A DNA stretch of 64,000 nucleotides, taken from an uncultured Azospirillaceae bacterium (GTDB lineage Bacteria > Pseudomonadota > Alphaproteobacteria > Rickettsiales > UBA3002). A program made the translations under genes and the position numbers. How positions within the stretch are numbered: the first letter of the stretch is position 1; every line of letters starts with the position of its first letter. The notes beneath the pieces were generated by a model. The model was not told where the DNA came from. It did no database searches and saw nothing but the letters and a program-made list of their open reading frames with translations. This document shows positions 45,991 to 54,813 of this stretch, piece after piece. Location of the stretch: assembly GCA_964564675.1 (NCBI GenBank), contig CAZMBI010000007.1:9171-73170 (forward strand). Reading direction: 5' to 3'.

Positions 45991-48006
45991 CTAGTGAATC
46001 GACGCGCCAGGGGGGACTTCGAGGTTTTTAGAGAACTCCTCACGCAACGAGCGATCTTGCCAGTTAATCGGTGTCTGGGAATATTCAATGGGTGGATAGT
46101 GGCGGGTTTCCGTGTCTTTGTCGGCCTGTTTGCCATCCTGCAGTTGCACATCCGCCACCTTCGGCCGCGGCGTCTGGGGCAATTGCCGGGCAGACTCACG
46201 GATTTCTTCCTTTTGCGCTTTCAGTGCTTTGGCTTCCGCTCTTTCCTGTTCGCGTTCTTGCTGCTCTTCTCTTACCACGCTTGCCACCTTGCGGGGACTG
46301 GCAGGCTCCAGAACCTGTTCCCGGATATCGCTCAGCGCACCCTTAACCTCACCGGCCTTCAAAGCGGCGGCGCCGTCAATCAGGCGATAGATCGCCTTAT
46401 CCATGGTCGGTTTATCCCAGCGCAGCGCCGTTTCGGCTTTGGCGATCATATACGGGGTATAGCTGATCGATGCATTGACCCAGTCATGAACATATTCCTG
46501 TTGCGCTTTCGAAGTGGCCAGTCCCAGCCGTTGCAAGTTCTTAATTGTGCGGCGGCCGGCCTCATAACATTGCTTACCGTTCCAGTCGAGCATCTTATCC
46601 AGCACGCCGGCGCTAGCCTTGGGGCCATGCGGATAGAAATCTTTATTGAAGCTGGTGTTAGGCAGTACACGTCCGTTTAACGTAACCTGGCCGCCTTTAC
46701 GCACCTGCTCATGGTGATCGAAATAATTATAATGAACACCGTCCGGCCCCATCACCAGGCCGCTGTTACGACGCTGCGCGAGATCGGAATAATCAGGCGC
46801 CAAGTGATATCCTACCCCTTTATATTTCGCCTGAGGCACCCGGAACATCCAGAAAAACGGGACGGCCGGCGTCATATAGATAGTTGCTTTGATAGCGCTT
46901 TTGGTAATGTAGCGGAAACTGTAAGCGGCGGCATCGAGAACGGCATGGAACGGATCGCCCGGAATATGTGGAGACGGTAACGCTCCTTCTTTGCGGAAAT
47001 CGTCAATAGTATCCGCCACCTCTTCATACATATCACGATACATTAGTGTATACCAGTTATAGCCCGTAAAGCGCAGCTGAAAGTCAAGCGCCAGGGACGG
47101 AGTGAAGCTACCGATGATCTGCCCTTCTTTATTGACCTGCCAGCCGGCGCGCACCCGGTCGGATAAAAATTTAAAGCCCGGCGTAAAACGGTTGATCGCC
47201 TGACGTTGCCAGCGCATCTGATATACATAAGGTAATGCGGCGGCCCAGTCCTCACCCTGGTTTTTGGTCAGAATTTTCCAGGCCTGTTTGCCTACCGCCT
47301 TAGCGAATTGCCGGGTGTCGAAATAACCGTCTTTATACCAGCTGTTGGTGATATTGGGATCGAGGCTGTTCGCAATCTGACGACCCCAGGCATCCCCCGT
47401 GCTGCCCATGGCGAAATCAAATGTTATGGCAACGATTTCATGGCCCAGACTCCGACCCGAACCTGACGGATTGGTCAATGTTTTCTGATAGCCTTCGTAA
47501 AAACTTTTTGGCCGAAAGCGCACTACATCGTTGGCCAGCAGGTTTTTATTGATATGCGGGTTAGCGATCGGCATCGCGCGCACAAAGCTTTTTATCGGCG
47601 GAGCGGCTATCCGATCAAACGCACGCGCGACATAGCGCAGCGGATAATGGGTGAGGTCTTTCGTGGTCAGCGCCAGCTCTGGATGATAACCCGGTAACTG
47701 CTTACGGATCGCCGCCTGCCCCATCGCATAAAATGTGGCCCCCATGATACCGCGCGAGAACAGGCGAACCAGAATCCGGTTAGCAGTGTAACTGGTCCAG
47801 TTCGGCTTTTTGACGATATCGTCGCTAATATCCTCATAGCCTGAGCCGAAGAGAAATTCACCGTAGGATTCCCGGTTCTCGCGTTCAGCCTCCGGACTGC
47901 GCGAACCCTTCTCATATCGTAAAAACGCCGAAAACGGATTCCGGTCTTCTTCACGTGTTATGTCGTCATCATCTGCCATGTCATATAGCTCGGTTGGCAG
48001 GCGCAC
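45991..48006 (-). CDS. hypothetical large protein (671 aa)
   Basis: Uninterrupted 2-kb ORF with an acidic N-terminus (MADDDDITREEDRN), a few hydrophobic segments, and a charged Glu/Lys/Gln C-terminal region (EEQQEREQERAEAKALKAQKEEIRE). The start could be GTG at 48006 or ATG at 47979. Confidence 0.7.
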   Translation of the reverse strand: MRLPTELYDMADDDDITREEDRNPFSAFLRYEKGSRSPEAERENRESYGEFLFGSGYEDISDDIVKKPNWTSYTANRILVRLFSRGIMGATFYAMGQAAIRKQLPGYHPELALTTKDLTHYPLRYVARAFDRIAAPPIKSFVRAMPIANPHINKNLLANDVVRFRPKSFYEGYQKTLTNPSGSGRSLGHEIVAITFDFAMGSTGDAWGRQIANSLDPNITNSWYKDGYFDTRQFAKAVGKQAWKILTKNQGEDWAAALPYVYQMRWQRQAINRFTPGFKFLSDRVRAGWQVNKEGQIIGSFTPSLALDFQLRFTGYNWYTLMYRDMYEEVADTIDDFRKEGALPSPHIPGDPFHAVLDAAAYSFRYITKSAIKATIYMTPAVPFFWMFRVPQAKYKGVGYHLAPDYSDLAQRRNSGLVMGPDGVHYNYFDHHEQVRKGGQVTLNGRVLPNTSFNKDFYPHGPKASAGVLDKMLDWNGKQCYEAGRRTIKNLQRLGLATSKAQQEYVHDWVNASISYTPYMIAKAETALRWDKPTMDKAIYRLIDGAAALKAGEVKGALSDIREQVLEPASPRKVASVVREEQQEREQERAEAKALKAQKEEIRESARQLPQTPRPKVADVQLQDGKQADKDTETRHYPPIEYSQTPINWQDRSLREEFSKNLEVPPGASIH

Positions 48007-48108
48007 GCCATCATGCGCACACTTTTCGCCTTACATACTGTTATATCACGATATTGAGAGGCGAATTGTGAAGCTTTTATGACAAGCTTTTGCAGAAAAA
48101 CCGAACGG

Positions 48109-48768
48109 TTAGAAGGGAATACGGATAAAGGCTTCCAGATTATGGCCGTCATAGCTGTACTCCATCGACTGGCCGGCGGTGGTGGAAAAATTAGGATCAG
48201 CGGTGCCAAAATAACGGTAACCCACACCAATCAATGCGTTTTTTAGGCGCTCAGACGACAGTTTATAAGCCACGCCAGCCATGCCCTGATAGGCCAGCGC
48301 AGTATCCTCATCGGCGACATTAATGGTGAGGCTGTCAAATTTGTGTTGTGCAACACCCAACCCTGCGCCCAGATACGGCAGCCACTCGGAACCCGTATCA
48401 AAGTCATAATAGCCGTTGACCATGCCAACATATGATTCAATGCTGCCGCCGACGCCCTCAGGAGCGATTGTACCGCCATCGAGCTCATCGAAATCGCTTT
48501 CACGGTACATTATTTCCAGCTCCAGGCGCGTCTGACTGAGCCGACCTTCCATCTGCGGCGAATAACCCACAGATAACCCGACGGCGTATTCCAGATCATG
48601 CTCCAGATCGCCAACATCGGTGCCGCCGATGTCAAGCTGCGTATCCTGCATAAAACTGAGTTCGCCATGTGCCCCGATATAAAACGGTGACTGAGTGTTT
48701 GCCGAAGCACTCGCTGCGTGAGCCATATATACTAAAACGGCCGTTATGACCAACACTGATTGATACAC
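48109..48768 (-). CDS. outer-membrane beta-barrel protein (Omp25/OMP_b-brl-like)
   Basis: Has alternating beta-strand pattern, aromatic girdle residues, and the terminal signature FIRIPF. A GTG start at 48768 gives the signal peptide (M)YQSVLVITAVLVYMAHAASASA and avoids overlap with the upstream paralog. The maximal ORF extends to 48855. Confidence 0.75.
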   Translation of the reverse strand: MYQSVLVITAVLVYMAHAASASANTQSPFYIGAHGELSFMQDTQLDIGGTDVGDLEHDLEYAVGLSVGYSPQMEGRLSQTRLELEIMYRESDFDELDGGTIAPEGVGGSIESYVGMVNGYYDFDTGSEWLPYLGAGLGVAQHKFDSLTINVADEDTALAYQGMAGVAYKLSSERLKNALIGVGYRYFGTADPNFSTTAGQSMEYSYDGHNLEAFIRIPF

Positions 48769-48805
48769 GAATATACCCTGATGCCGTAGTGTGAAGCGTA
48801 TGTGA

Positions 48806-49480
48806 TTAGAAGCGGAAACGGGCGTTAAGCTCGAGATTATGGGAATCATAATCATGCTCCAGCGAACCGCCAGCCTGGGTATCGAATTCCGGATCTAATG
48901 TGGCGAAGTAGCGATAGCCAATGCCCCAATCGGTGTTGGGAATGCTTTGCGGTGAATAATACAACCCCAGCATACCCTGGTAGGAAAAGACGGTATCATC
49001 ATTATCCACACCAACCGCCGCACTGTCGAAATCCCAGAATGTGGCACCAAGCCCCGCCCCAACATAGGGCGTCAGCTGGCTGTTATTATGAAAGTCATAA
49101 AACGCGTTGGCCATGAGCGAACTGCCAGATAGGTCGCCATTGAGGCTGATACTGGCCGGCACGCCACCGACCGAGCCGTTGAGCGAATCAAAATCTTGCG
49201 AGCGGTAGGTATATTCCAACTCGAAGCGCGCGTTATCGAGTGCGGAACCCGAGCGATAGGGACGGTATCCGATGGAGCCGCCGACGCCATAACCTTCCTT
49301 AAACCCGACTTCAACACCGCTTAAGCCATCGCCCTCAACATCAACATCGGGGATATAAGCCAGCTGACCGTGCAGCCCGACATACCAATTGGGCCAATTG
49401 TCCTGGTACTGGTTGGCCAAGGCGGTGGCAGGAAGGACAAGAGAAATAGCATAAATCAGAACATATTTGATCGTAGACAT
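48806..49480 (-). CDS. outer-membrane beta-barrel protein (Omp25/OMP_b-brl-like), paralog
   Basis: AAGGAG ribosome-binding site 7 nt upstream of the ATG at 49480. Signal peptide MSTIKYVLIYAISLVLPATALA and C-terminal NARFRF. It is clearly similar to the downstream barrel (YYDF/FYDF, PYxGAGLG, YQGMxG, GxGYRYF). Confidence 0.8.
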   Translation of the reverse strand: MSTIKYVLIYAISLVLPATALANQYQDNWPNWYVGLHGQLAYIPDVDVEGDGLSGVEVGFKEGYGVGGSIGYRPYRSGSALDNARFELEYTYRSQDFDSLNGSVGGVPASISLNGDLSGSSLMANAFYDFHNNSQLTPYVGAGLGATFWDFDSAAVGVDNDDTVFSYQGMLGLYYSPQSIPNTDWGIGYRYFATLDPEFDTQAGGSLEHDYDSHNLELNARFRF

Positions 49481-49622
49481 CGGATCGCTCCTTATTTTTT
49501 GTGCTTTTCTCATTTATGCGGATTCGGGCCGGCTTTTGCAATTGCTATTGGTGCCGGCTATCGCTTATAACCCTTTTTATCCCCAACTGTGGGATTTTGA
49601 CCATGGAAATATCAGGATATGA

Positions 49623-49710
49623 GCCCTCGTGGCGGAATTTGGTAGACGCTGCGGACTTAAAATCCGTTTCCCGTAAGGGAGTGCCGGTTCGAGTCCGGCC
49701 GAGGGCACCA
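49623..49710 (+). tRNA. tRNA-Leu (anticodon UAA), CCA encoded
   Basis: Folded by hand. Acceptor stem GCCCTCG/CGAGGGC, D arm GCGG..CGC, anticodon stem GCGGA/TCCGT with loop CT-TAA-AA. It also has a long variable arm TCCC-GTAA-GGGA, T arm GCCGG-TTCGAGT-CCGGC, discriminator A, and CCA. Confidence 0.93.
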
Positions 49711-49781
49711 CGCCTCGCTCTTCACGCTACGCCCAGCGCAGCCCGTGTGGGCGAAAGCGGGCGCTGCGGCGTCATCTGTTT

Positions 49782-51359
49782 TTATTGCTCGAATAGGGCG
49801 CGCAGTGTATGCGACAGATCATGTTGGCGGAACGGTTTGCGCAGCAGCCGCACATGCTGGGCCAGTGTGCCCTCTTCCAGCACATCCTGATCGGCATAAC
49901 CGGTATTCAACACGATTTTTAAGTCCGGATATAACGCGAGGGCTTTTTCCGCCAGTTTGGGGCCATTCAGCCCGCCAGCCAGCATGACATCCGACAGCAG
50001 CGCATCCACCGTGTGCGCCTGCAGCATATCCAGCGCCCGTTCTCCCGATTCACAGGACAGCACCTGATAGCCGAGCTGTTCCACCATTTGCGTGGTCATA
50101 TGCCGCACCTCTGCCTCGTCCTCGACTACCAGCACCGTTTTAAGGCGAGGATTCATCTCCAGCCGTCGATATTCCTCATGCGACCTGTAGACCTTGTCGG
50201 CTTCCAGCTCGCCATGGGTGCGCGGAAAATACAGCCGGACCGTTGTGCCCTTGCCGACTTCGCTGTCGAGATGAATATAGCCCTGGCTTTGCTTGATAAA
50301 GCCATAAACCATGCTCAAGCCCATACCGGTGCCTTTGCCAAGCCCTTTGGTGGAAAAAAACGGCTCGAACACCTTGTCGATATGTTCCTGCGCTATCCCC
50401 TGACCGGTATCGATAATCGACAGCATCACATAATCGCCGGGCACTATGGTTTTCACCGGTTGTTCGTGCAACGAATCCTGTTTAATATTTAGCGTGCGTA
50501 ACACCAGCGAACCGCCCTCTGGCATGGCATCGCGCGCATTGACCGACAAATTCAGAATCGCATTTTGCAATTGCAACGAATCGGCCTCAATCGGCCATAA
50601 ATCGGAAGAAAAATCTGTTATAATCTCAATATTCGGGCCAAGCGTACGCTTCATCAGCGCTGAGAGATAAAACACCATGTCGTTAAGCTGCAGCACCTCC
50701 ACCTTGAAGGTCTGCTTACGCGCAAACCCGAGCAATTGATCGATGAGGGAGGCGCCCTGCTCCGCCGCGTGGATACAGGGCTGCACACGCGCGCGGAGTG
50801 GATCGTCAGTGGGCAGATGTTCCATCAACAAATCCAGATTGCCCAGCATGACAGCCAGAAGATTATTAAAATCATGGGCGATGCCGGAAGTCAGGTGGCC
50901 GATGGCCTCCATTTTCTGAAGCTGGCGCAACTGTCTGCGCTCCTCTTCCGCCCGCTTTTGTTCTGTAGAGTCCTGAATAATAATGACAAAAGCGTGCTCA
51001 CCTGCTTCGCCGGTGGCCCCGACGGCCAGATCCATCGGAAACATCGACCCGTCTTTGCGCCGACCCGATACTTCGCGGCCAATCCCGGTAATTTTGGGTT
51101 CTTCAGAACGCAAATAATTGTCGATATAGCAATCATGCGCGCTATGATAAAGCTCTGGCATCAGCATGCTAACATTGCAGCCGACCACCTCATCTGCACG
51201 ATATCCGAACAAATATTGGCAGGCACGGTTATAGGACTGCACAATTCCATTATGATTGATCGTGATGACTCCGTCGACAATCGTATCCAGCAACGTGTTG
51301 AGCAGATCCTGCAAGCCCTCACACCGCTGAATGCTCTGCGTTTGAGAAGAGCCCTCCAT
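49782..51359 (-). CDS. cytoplasmic hybrid sensor histidine kinase (PAS-HisKA-HATPase-REC)
   Basis: PAS domain (IVDGVITINHNGIVQSYN), H-box SGIAHDFNNLL, N-box NLSVNARDAM, and G-boxes DTGQGI and GKGTGMGL. A C-terminal REC domain follows (VLVVEDE...LLSDVMLAGG). The ATG at 51359 lies 1 nt after the upstream RR stop codon. Confidence 0.9.
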   Translation of the reverse strand: MEGSSQTQSIQRCEGLQDLLNTLLDTIVDGVITINHNGIVQSYNRACQYLFGYRADEVVGCNVSMLMPELYHSAHDCYIDNYLRSEEPKITGIGREVSGRRKDGSMFPMDLAVGATGEAGEHAFVIIIQDSTEQKRAEEERRQLRQLQKMEAIGHLTSGIAHDFNNLLAVMLGNLDLLMEHLPTDDPLRARVQPCIHAAEQGASLIDQLLGFARKQTFKVEVLQLNDMVFYLSALMKRTLGPNIEIITDFSSDLWPIEADSLQLQNAILNLSVNARDAMPEGGSLVLRTLNIKQDSLHEQPVKTIVPGDYVMLSIIDTGQGIAQEHIDKVFEPFFSTKGLGKGTGMGLSMVYGFIKQSQGYIHLDSEVGKGTTVRLYFPRTHGELEADKVYRSHEEYRRLEMNPRLKTVLVVEDEAEVRHMTTQMVEQLGYQVLSCESGERALDMLQAHTVDALLSDVMLAGGLNGPKLAEKALALYPDLKIVLNTGYADQDVLEEGTLAQHVRLLRKPFRQHDLSHTLRALFEQ

Positions 51360-51360
51360 A

Positions 51361-51759
51361 TCAGGCCAATTGCCGCGCGCCGCCCGAGGCCTGGTTTTTG
51401 ACTTGTGTAAACAGTTCACGCAGTTGCTTGACCCGCATCGGCTTGGCAAAATTGGCAATCACATGCAGCCCCAAGGCCTTACCCATGCGTTCGGCCATCT
51501 CGCGGCTTTCAGCGTAGCTGCCGCTGAGAATGGCGATTTGCGCCGCTGAATAGGTCTGAGATAAATATTGCATCACCTCCAGGCCGTCTATATCGGGCAT
51601 CAATAAATCCATGATGATGAGATCGGGTTGGAATTCGCTGTGGTGAGATTCGATTTCTCGCGGCGTGGACGCATGCCTTGTATCAAAACCTTCCAACTCC
51701 GCCACTTCCTTTACCATATTCGCGAGATGGGCTTCATCTTCGATAATCAAAGCCTTCAT
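51361..51759 (-). CDS. single-domain response regulator (receiver only)
   Basis: 132 aa with MKALIIEDE and LIIMDLLMPDIDG receiver motifs. It lies immediately upstream of the hybrid kinase. Confidence 0.85.
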   Translation of the reverse strand: MKALIIEDEAHLANMVKEVAELEGFDTRHASTPREIESHHSEFQPDLIIMDLLMPDIDGLEVMQYLSQTYSAAQIAILSGSYAESREMAERMGKALGLHVIANFAKPMRVKQLRELFTQVKNQASGGARQLA

Positions 51760-52005
51760 GCACCCCCCCTTATATTTATATATATATTGTATAATTCATA
51801 TTAATAATAGATCGTGTGCTGTCAAGAAAGATAAGGAAAGGCTTTACTAACAATTTTATTAACTTAGATTGCTAACTCCTAATAAACTGATTTATTTTCT
51901 TTTATTTTTATTATGTATCATATCGGAACATGTGCGCGTACTAGACAGTCCCGCAGGCTTCTGCTATGGCCTAGCATTTACAAAACTGCAGGAGTATTGT
52001 CAGCC

Positions 52006-52698
52006 ATGCCCAGTCCTTACTATGAAAATAATCTAAAAGAACGGGTTAGCTCAGGTAGTCATCGCGATGTGGTCGGTGGCTTCTGGGATGAACTCGGCAA
52101 AATGCAACTTGATTTTCTCACCGGTCAGGGACTTCAACCGCACCATTATCTGCTGGATATCGGCTGCGGCGCGCTGCGGCTTGGTACGATGGCCGTGGAT
52201 TATCTGGAACCGCGCCATTATTTCGGCACCGATATCAGCGAAGAACTGCTCGATGCCGGTTACAATAAAGAGTTAACCGACCGCCAGCGCGAGCGGTTGC
52301 CGCGTAGCAATCTGGTGGTCAACAGCGATTTTGACTTCAGTTTTCTGGCGGATCAGAAAGTCGATGTCGCCATCGCCCAGTCTGTCTTTACACATCTGCC
52401 AATGAACCATATCCGCCACTGCCTGCATATGCTACACCCATATATGAAGCCAAGCAGCGCATTTTACGCCTCGTTTTCGCTGTGCCCGGATCATCACCCG
52501 ATTGTCGAGAAGCTGGTGCACCCGACCGCGGAGGAACTGGTTACGGAAGTGGCCACCTATGACATCAAGGATCCGTATCACTATACGCTGGAAGACCTGG
52601 AATATTGCGCCAAAAATACGCCGTGGAAATTCCAGTTTCTGGGAGACTGGGGCCATCCGCGCAACCTGCAGATGGCGGCCTTCATATTAGAGGGATAA
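52006..52698 (+). CDS. class I SAM-dependent methyltransferase
   Basis: Motif I LLDIGCGALRLG. I prefer the start at 52006 (MPSPYYENN, with AGGAG upstream) over 51913. Confidence 0.7.
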   Translation: MPSPYYENNLKERVSSGSHRDVVGGFWDELGKMQLDFLTGQGLQPHHYLLDIGCGALRLGTMAVDYLEPRHYFGTDISEELLDAGYNKELTDRQRERLPRSNLVVNSDFDFSFLADQKVDVAIAQSVFTHLPMNHIRHCLHMLHPYMKPSSAFYASFSLCPDHHPIVEKLVHPTAEELVTEVATYDIKDPYHYTLEDLEYCAKNTPWKFQFLGDWGHPRNLQMAAFILEG

Positions 52699-53742
52699 AC
52701 GGGCTTTGGCGGCGAGCAGTCGCTCCCGCAGACGCCACCAACGTGTTTGCCTGATGGCCTTGCATTCATGCGCCAGAGGCTCCAGCGTGCTGACATAGCG
52801 TTTCAGCTCGTCCAGCTCATGACTGATTAAATGCGTTTGCTCCAGAAGTTCGCTGATGCGGGCCTCCTGCTCTTCGACGGTGGTCATCGCCCGGTCCATC
52901 GCCTCCTTTTGTGTATGCAATTCCATGCGGGTCGCATATTCCGCGGCGAAACCCCCCATAATTTCCTGTGCATGCCGGCTGAATGTTAGCGGCGCCGTGC
53001 ACGTAATCCGCTCATGCGCCAGATCATCGGCAAGCCGGGCCTGATAACCGGTCATCAGTTCCGTCGGACTAAACGCCTCCGCCCGTGAGCGATACAAAGC
53101 CGGCTCAATAAAATCGGTGACCGTTTCCGCTTCAAGTGCGTGCAGTGGGCTCACCCCGGCTTCGGCCAGTCCATCATACAGACGACCGGCCGTAGACACG
53201 GGCCGCTCGATAATATCACGGTAATGGGTGACAATCGTGCGCGCCGGATCAATGGCATTGAGCACGCCGACAATGGCGTACTCCCATAAAGCCAGGCCGT
53301 AGAACAGCGGCATCTGATTGCGTGTTTGCAGGGAACGGGCAACCTCGAGCGGATCGCGGTGTACGACGACAAAGACTGGATGATTCAGATGTGGTAGCCA
53401 GTACGGTAGGGTATGGCACAGGCGCGGGTCTTTGATAACTGCCGGTTCATCAAGCCGTGCGAGGATGGTTTGCATCGTCTCTTGTAACGATTCCGGCGGC
53501 GCCGCATCCGTTTCATCCCCGTGCAGCGGCCACCCGCTCAAATCATGCCAATGGCAGCCGTGATGCGCCAACAGGGCGTCATTACAGTCAATCACGTCTT
53601 GACGCTCCCAGAATCCTTTGGGGTTTTCATCATTGGCGGCAATCAGGTCATCTTCGTGGCCGGCATGCGCACCCATCAGATTGATCAGCCGCGTCACCGT
53701 GGAGGTGCCGGAGCGGTGCATGCCAAGGACAATAATATGCAT
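52687..53742 (-). CDS. sulfotransferase-family protein with a C-terminal coiled coil
   Basis: MHIIVLGMHRSGTSTVTRLINLMG resembles the PAPS 5'-phosphosulfate-binding loop of bacterial sulfotransferases. The heptad-like tail is EEQEARISELLEQTHLISHELDELKRY. I prefer the start at 53742. Confidence 0.65.
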   Translation of the reverse strand: MHIIVLGMHRSGTSTVTRLINLMGAHAGHEDDLIAANDENPKGFWERQDVIDCNDALLAHHGCHWHDLSGWPLHGDETDAAPPESLQETMQTILARLDEPAVIKDPRLCHTLPYWLPHLNHPVFVVVHRDPLEVARSLQTRNQMPLFYGLALWEYAIVGVLNAIDPARTIVTHYRDIIERPVSTAGRLYDGLAEAGVSPLHALEAETVTDFIEPALYRSRAEAFSPTELMTGYQARLADDLAHERITCTAPLTFSRHAQEIMGGFAAEYATRMELHTQKEAMDRAMTTVEEQEARISELLEQTHLISHELDELKRYVSTLEPLAHECKAIRQTRWWRLRERLLAAKARLSL

Positions 53743-53806
53743 ACGCGTGACGCCGTAAGTGATTTGAGGCCAGCGTAACGCAGATTCGGATGCCGGCAAG
53801 TGCTTT

Positions 53807-54697
53807 TTAAAGCGTAGTATGCTGCTGGAAATGCAAACGCTTGAGCTCACGGCGCACATGCGACTGGCTATGCAGCAACAGTCCCGACAAGGCGCCGGCA
53901 AAGGCCATCAGGCCAAAACTGGCCACGCCGATAATGCTGACTGACTCGCTCACCCATGAACTGAAGCCAAAATAATGCATCAGGAAAAACAGTTTATAAA
54001 TAAGCGCGATGCCCAGACAGATCGCCGTCAGCAAACCGAACCATTTGAGCGGCCGCGCCTGCAGGTTCAGAATCAGCCGGGTCAACGAATAATGAAAGGC
54101 TTCGGGCCCGCTTGGCTCCGCCTGAGCGGAAAAGCCGGCCGGATGATCAAAGGTAAATTCACGATAGGGAATATCCAGTTCGAGCGCGTGGATGCTCCAT
54201 TCCAAAGCGATGGGAAAGCCGCGCTCAAACGCAGCGAACGATTTGACAAACCGGCGCGAGAACACACGGTATTCCGAAAGTGGGGCGATGAGACGGCGGC
54301 CATATAGCCCCTCACACATGCGGCGCATATTGGCTTCTTCGCCGGTGGCTTCACTATCGATCACCGCCGAGGCCATATCCAGCCGGGTCTCGACCAATTG
54401 ATGCACCATGGTGGCCGCAGCTGCCGGCGGATAAGCCGGATCGCCGGCATATACGAAAATATCGGCATCAACTTCGGTAAACATCCGGCGCACCACTTCA
54501 AAGCGGTTGCCGCTATCGTCTTGACGGATGGTCACATCCAGCTTCTGCAGCGCCAAGCGGATACCGTCGCTGGGCGTTTGCCCATAAAAATAAATCGTAG
54601 CAAACGGTAAATGCTGGCGAAAGCCCTGCACTTGCTCTAGCAGGCTGGACGCTTCCGAGTCAGCATGTAACAACAACGCAATGGAATATGACGGCAT
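53807..54697 (-). CDS. putative family-2-like glycosyltransferase with C-terminal TM helices
   Basis: N-terminal Rossmann-like strand YSIALLLHADSE, an acidic DADIFVYAGD motif, and two C-terminal TM helices. The assignment is moderate. The ATG at 54697 is preceded by GGAAAGAG. Confidence 0.55.
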   Translation of the reverse strand: MPSYSIALLLHADSEASSLLEQVQGFRQHLPFATIYFYGQTPSDGIRLALQKLDVTIRQDDSGNRFEVVRRMFTEVDADIFVYAGDPAYPPAAAATMVHQLVETRLDMASAVIDSEATGEEANMRRMCEGLYGRRLIAPLSEYRVFSRRFVKSFAAFERGFPIALEWSIHALELDIPYREFTFDHPAGFSAQAEPSGPEAFHYSLTRLILNLQARPLKWFGLLTAICLGIALIYKLFFLMHYFGFSSWVSESVSIIGVASFGLMAFAGALSGLLLHSQSHVRRELKRLHFQQHTTL

Positions 54698-54813
54698 AAT
54701 GCATGCTCTTTCCAATTTTTCGCCAGCATTAACCCAGCTGCGGACGAAACGCCACCATTAAATATGGTGCGCCGTACTTGAACTTATAGGCGGTGGCGGT
54801 TACATAAGAAGCC

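Noticed and set aside
49711-49790. GC-rich imperfect hairpin (49731-49770) between tRNA-Leu and the histidine kinase stop, considered as a terminator.
   Set aside because: The stem needs several bulges. On the plus strand the T-run starts about 9 nt after the stem, and there is no T-run on the minus strand. It is not convincing by eye.
43460-54813. Search for an integrated element using tRNA-Leu as an att site (a direct repeat of the tRNA 3' end, plus an integrase).
   Set aside because: I found no copy of the tRNA 3' segment (GGTTCGAGTCCGGCCGAGGGCACCA or a sizeable part of it) in the candidate boundaries at 43460-43566 or 54716-54813. No integrase or recombinase ORF is present either.
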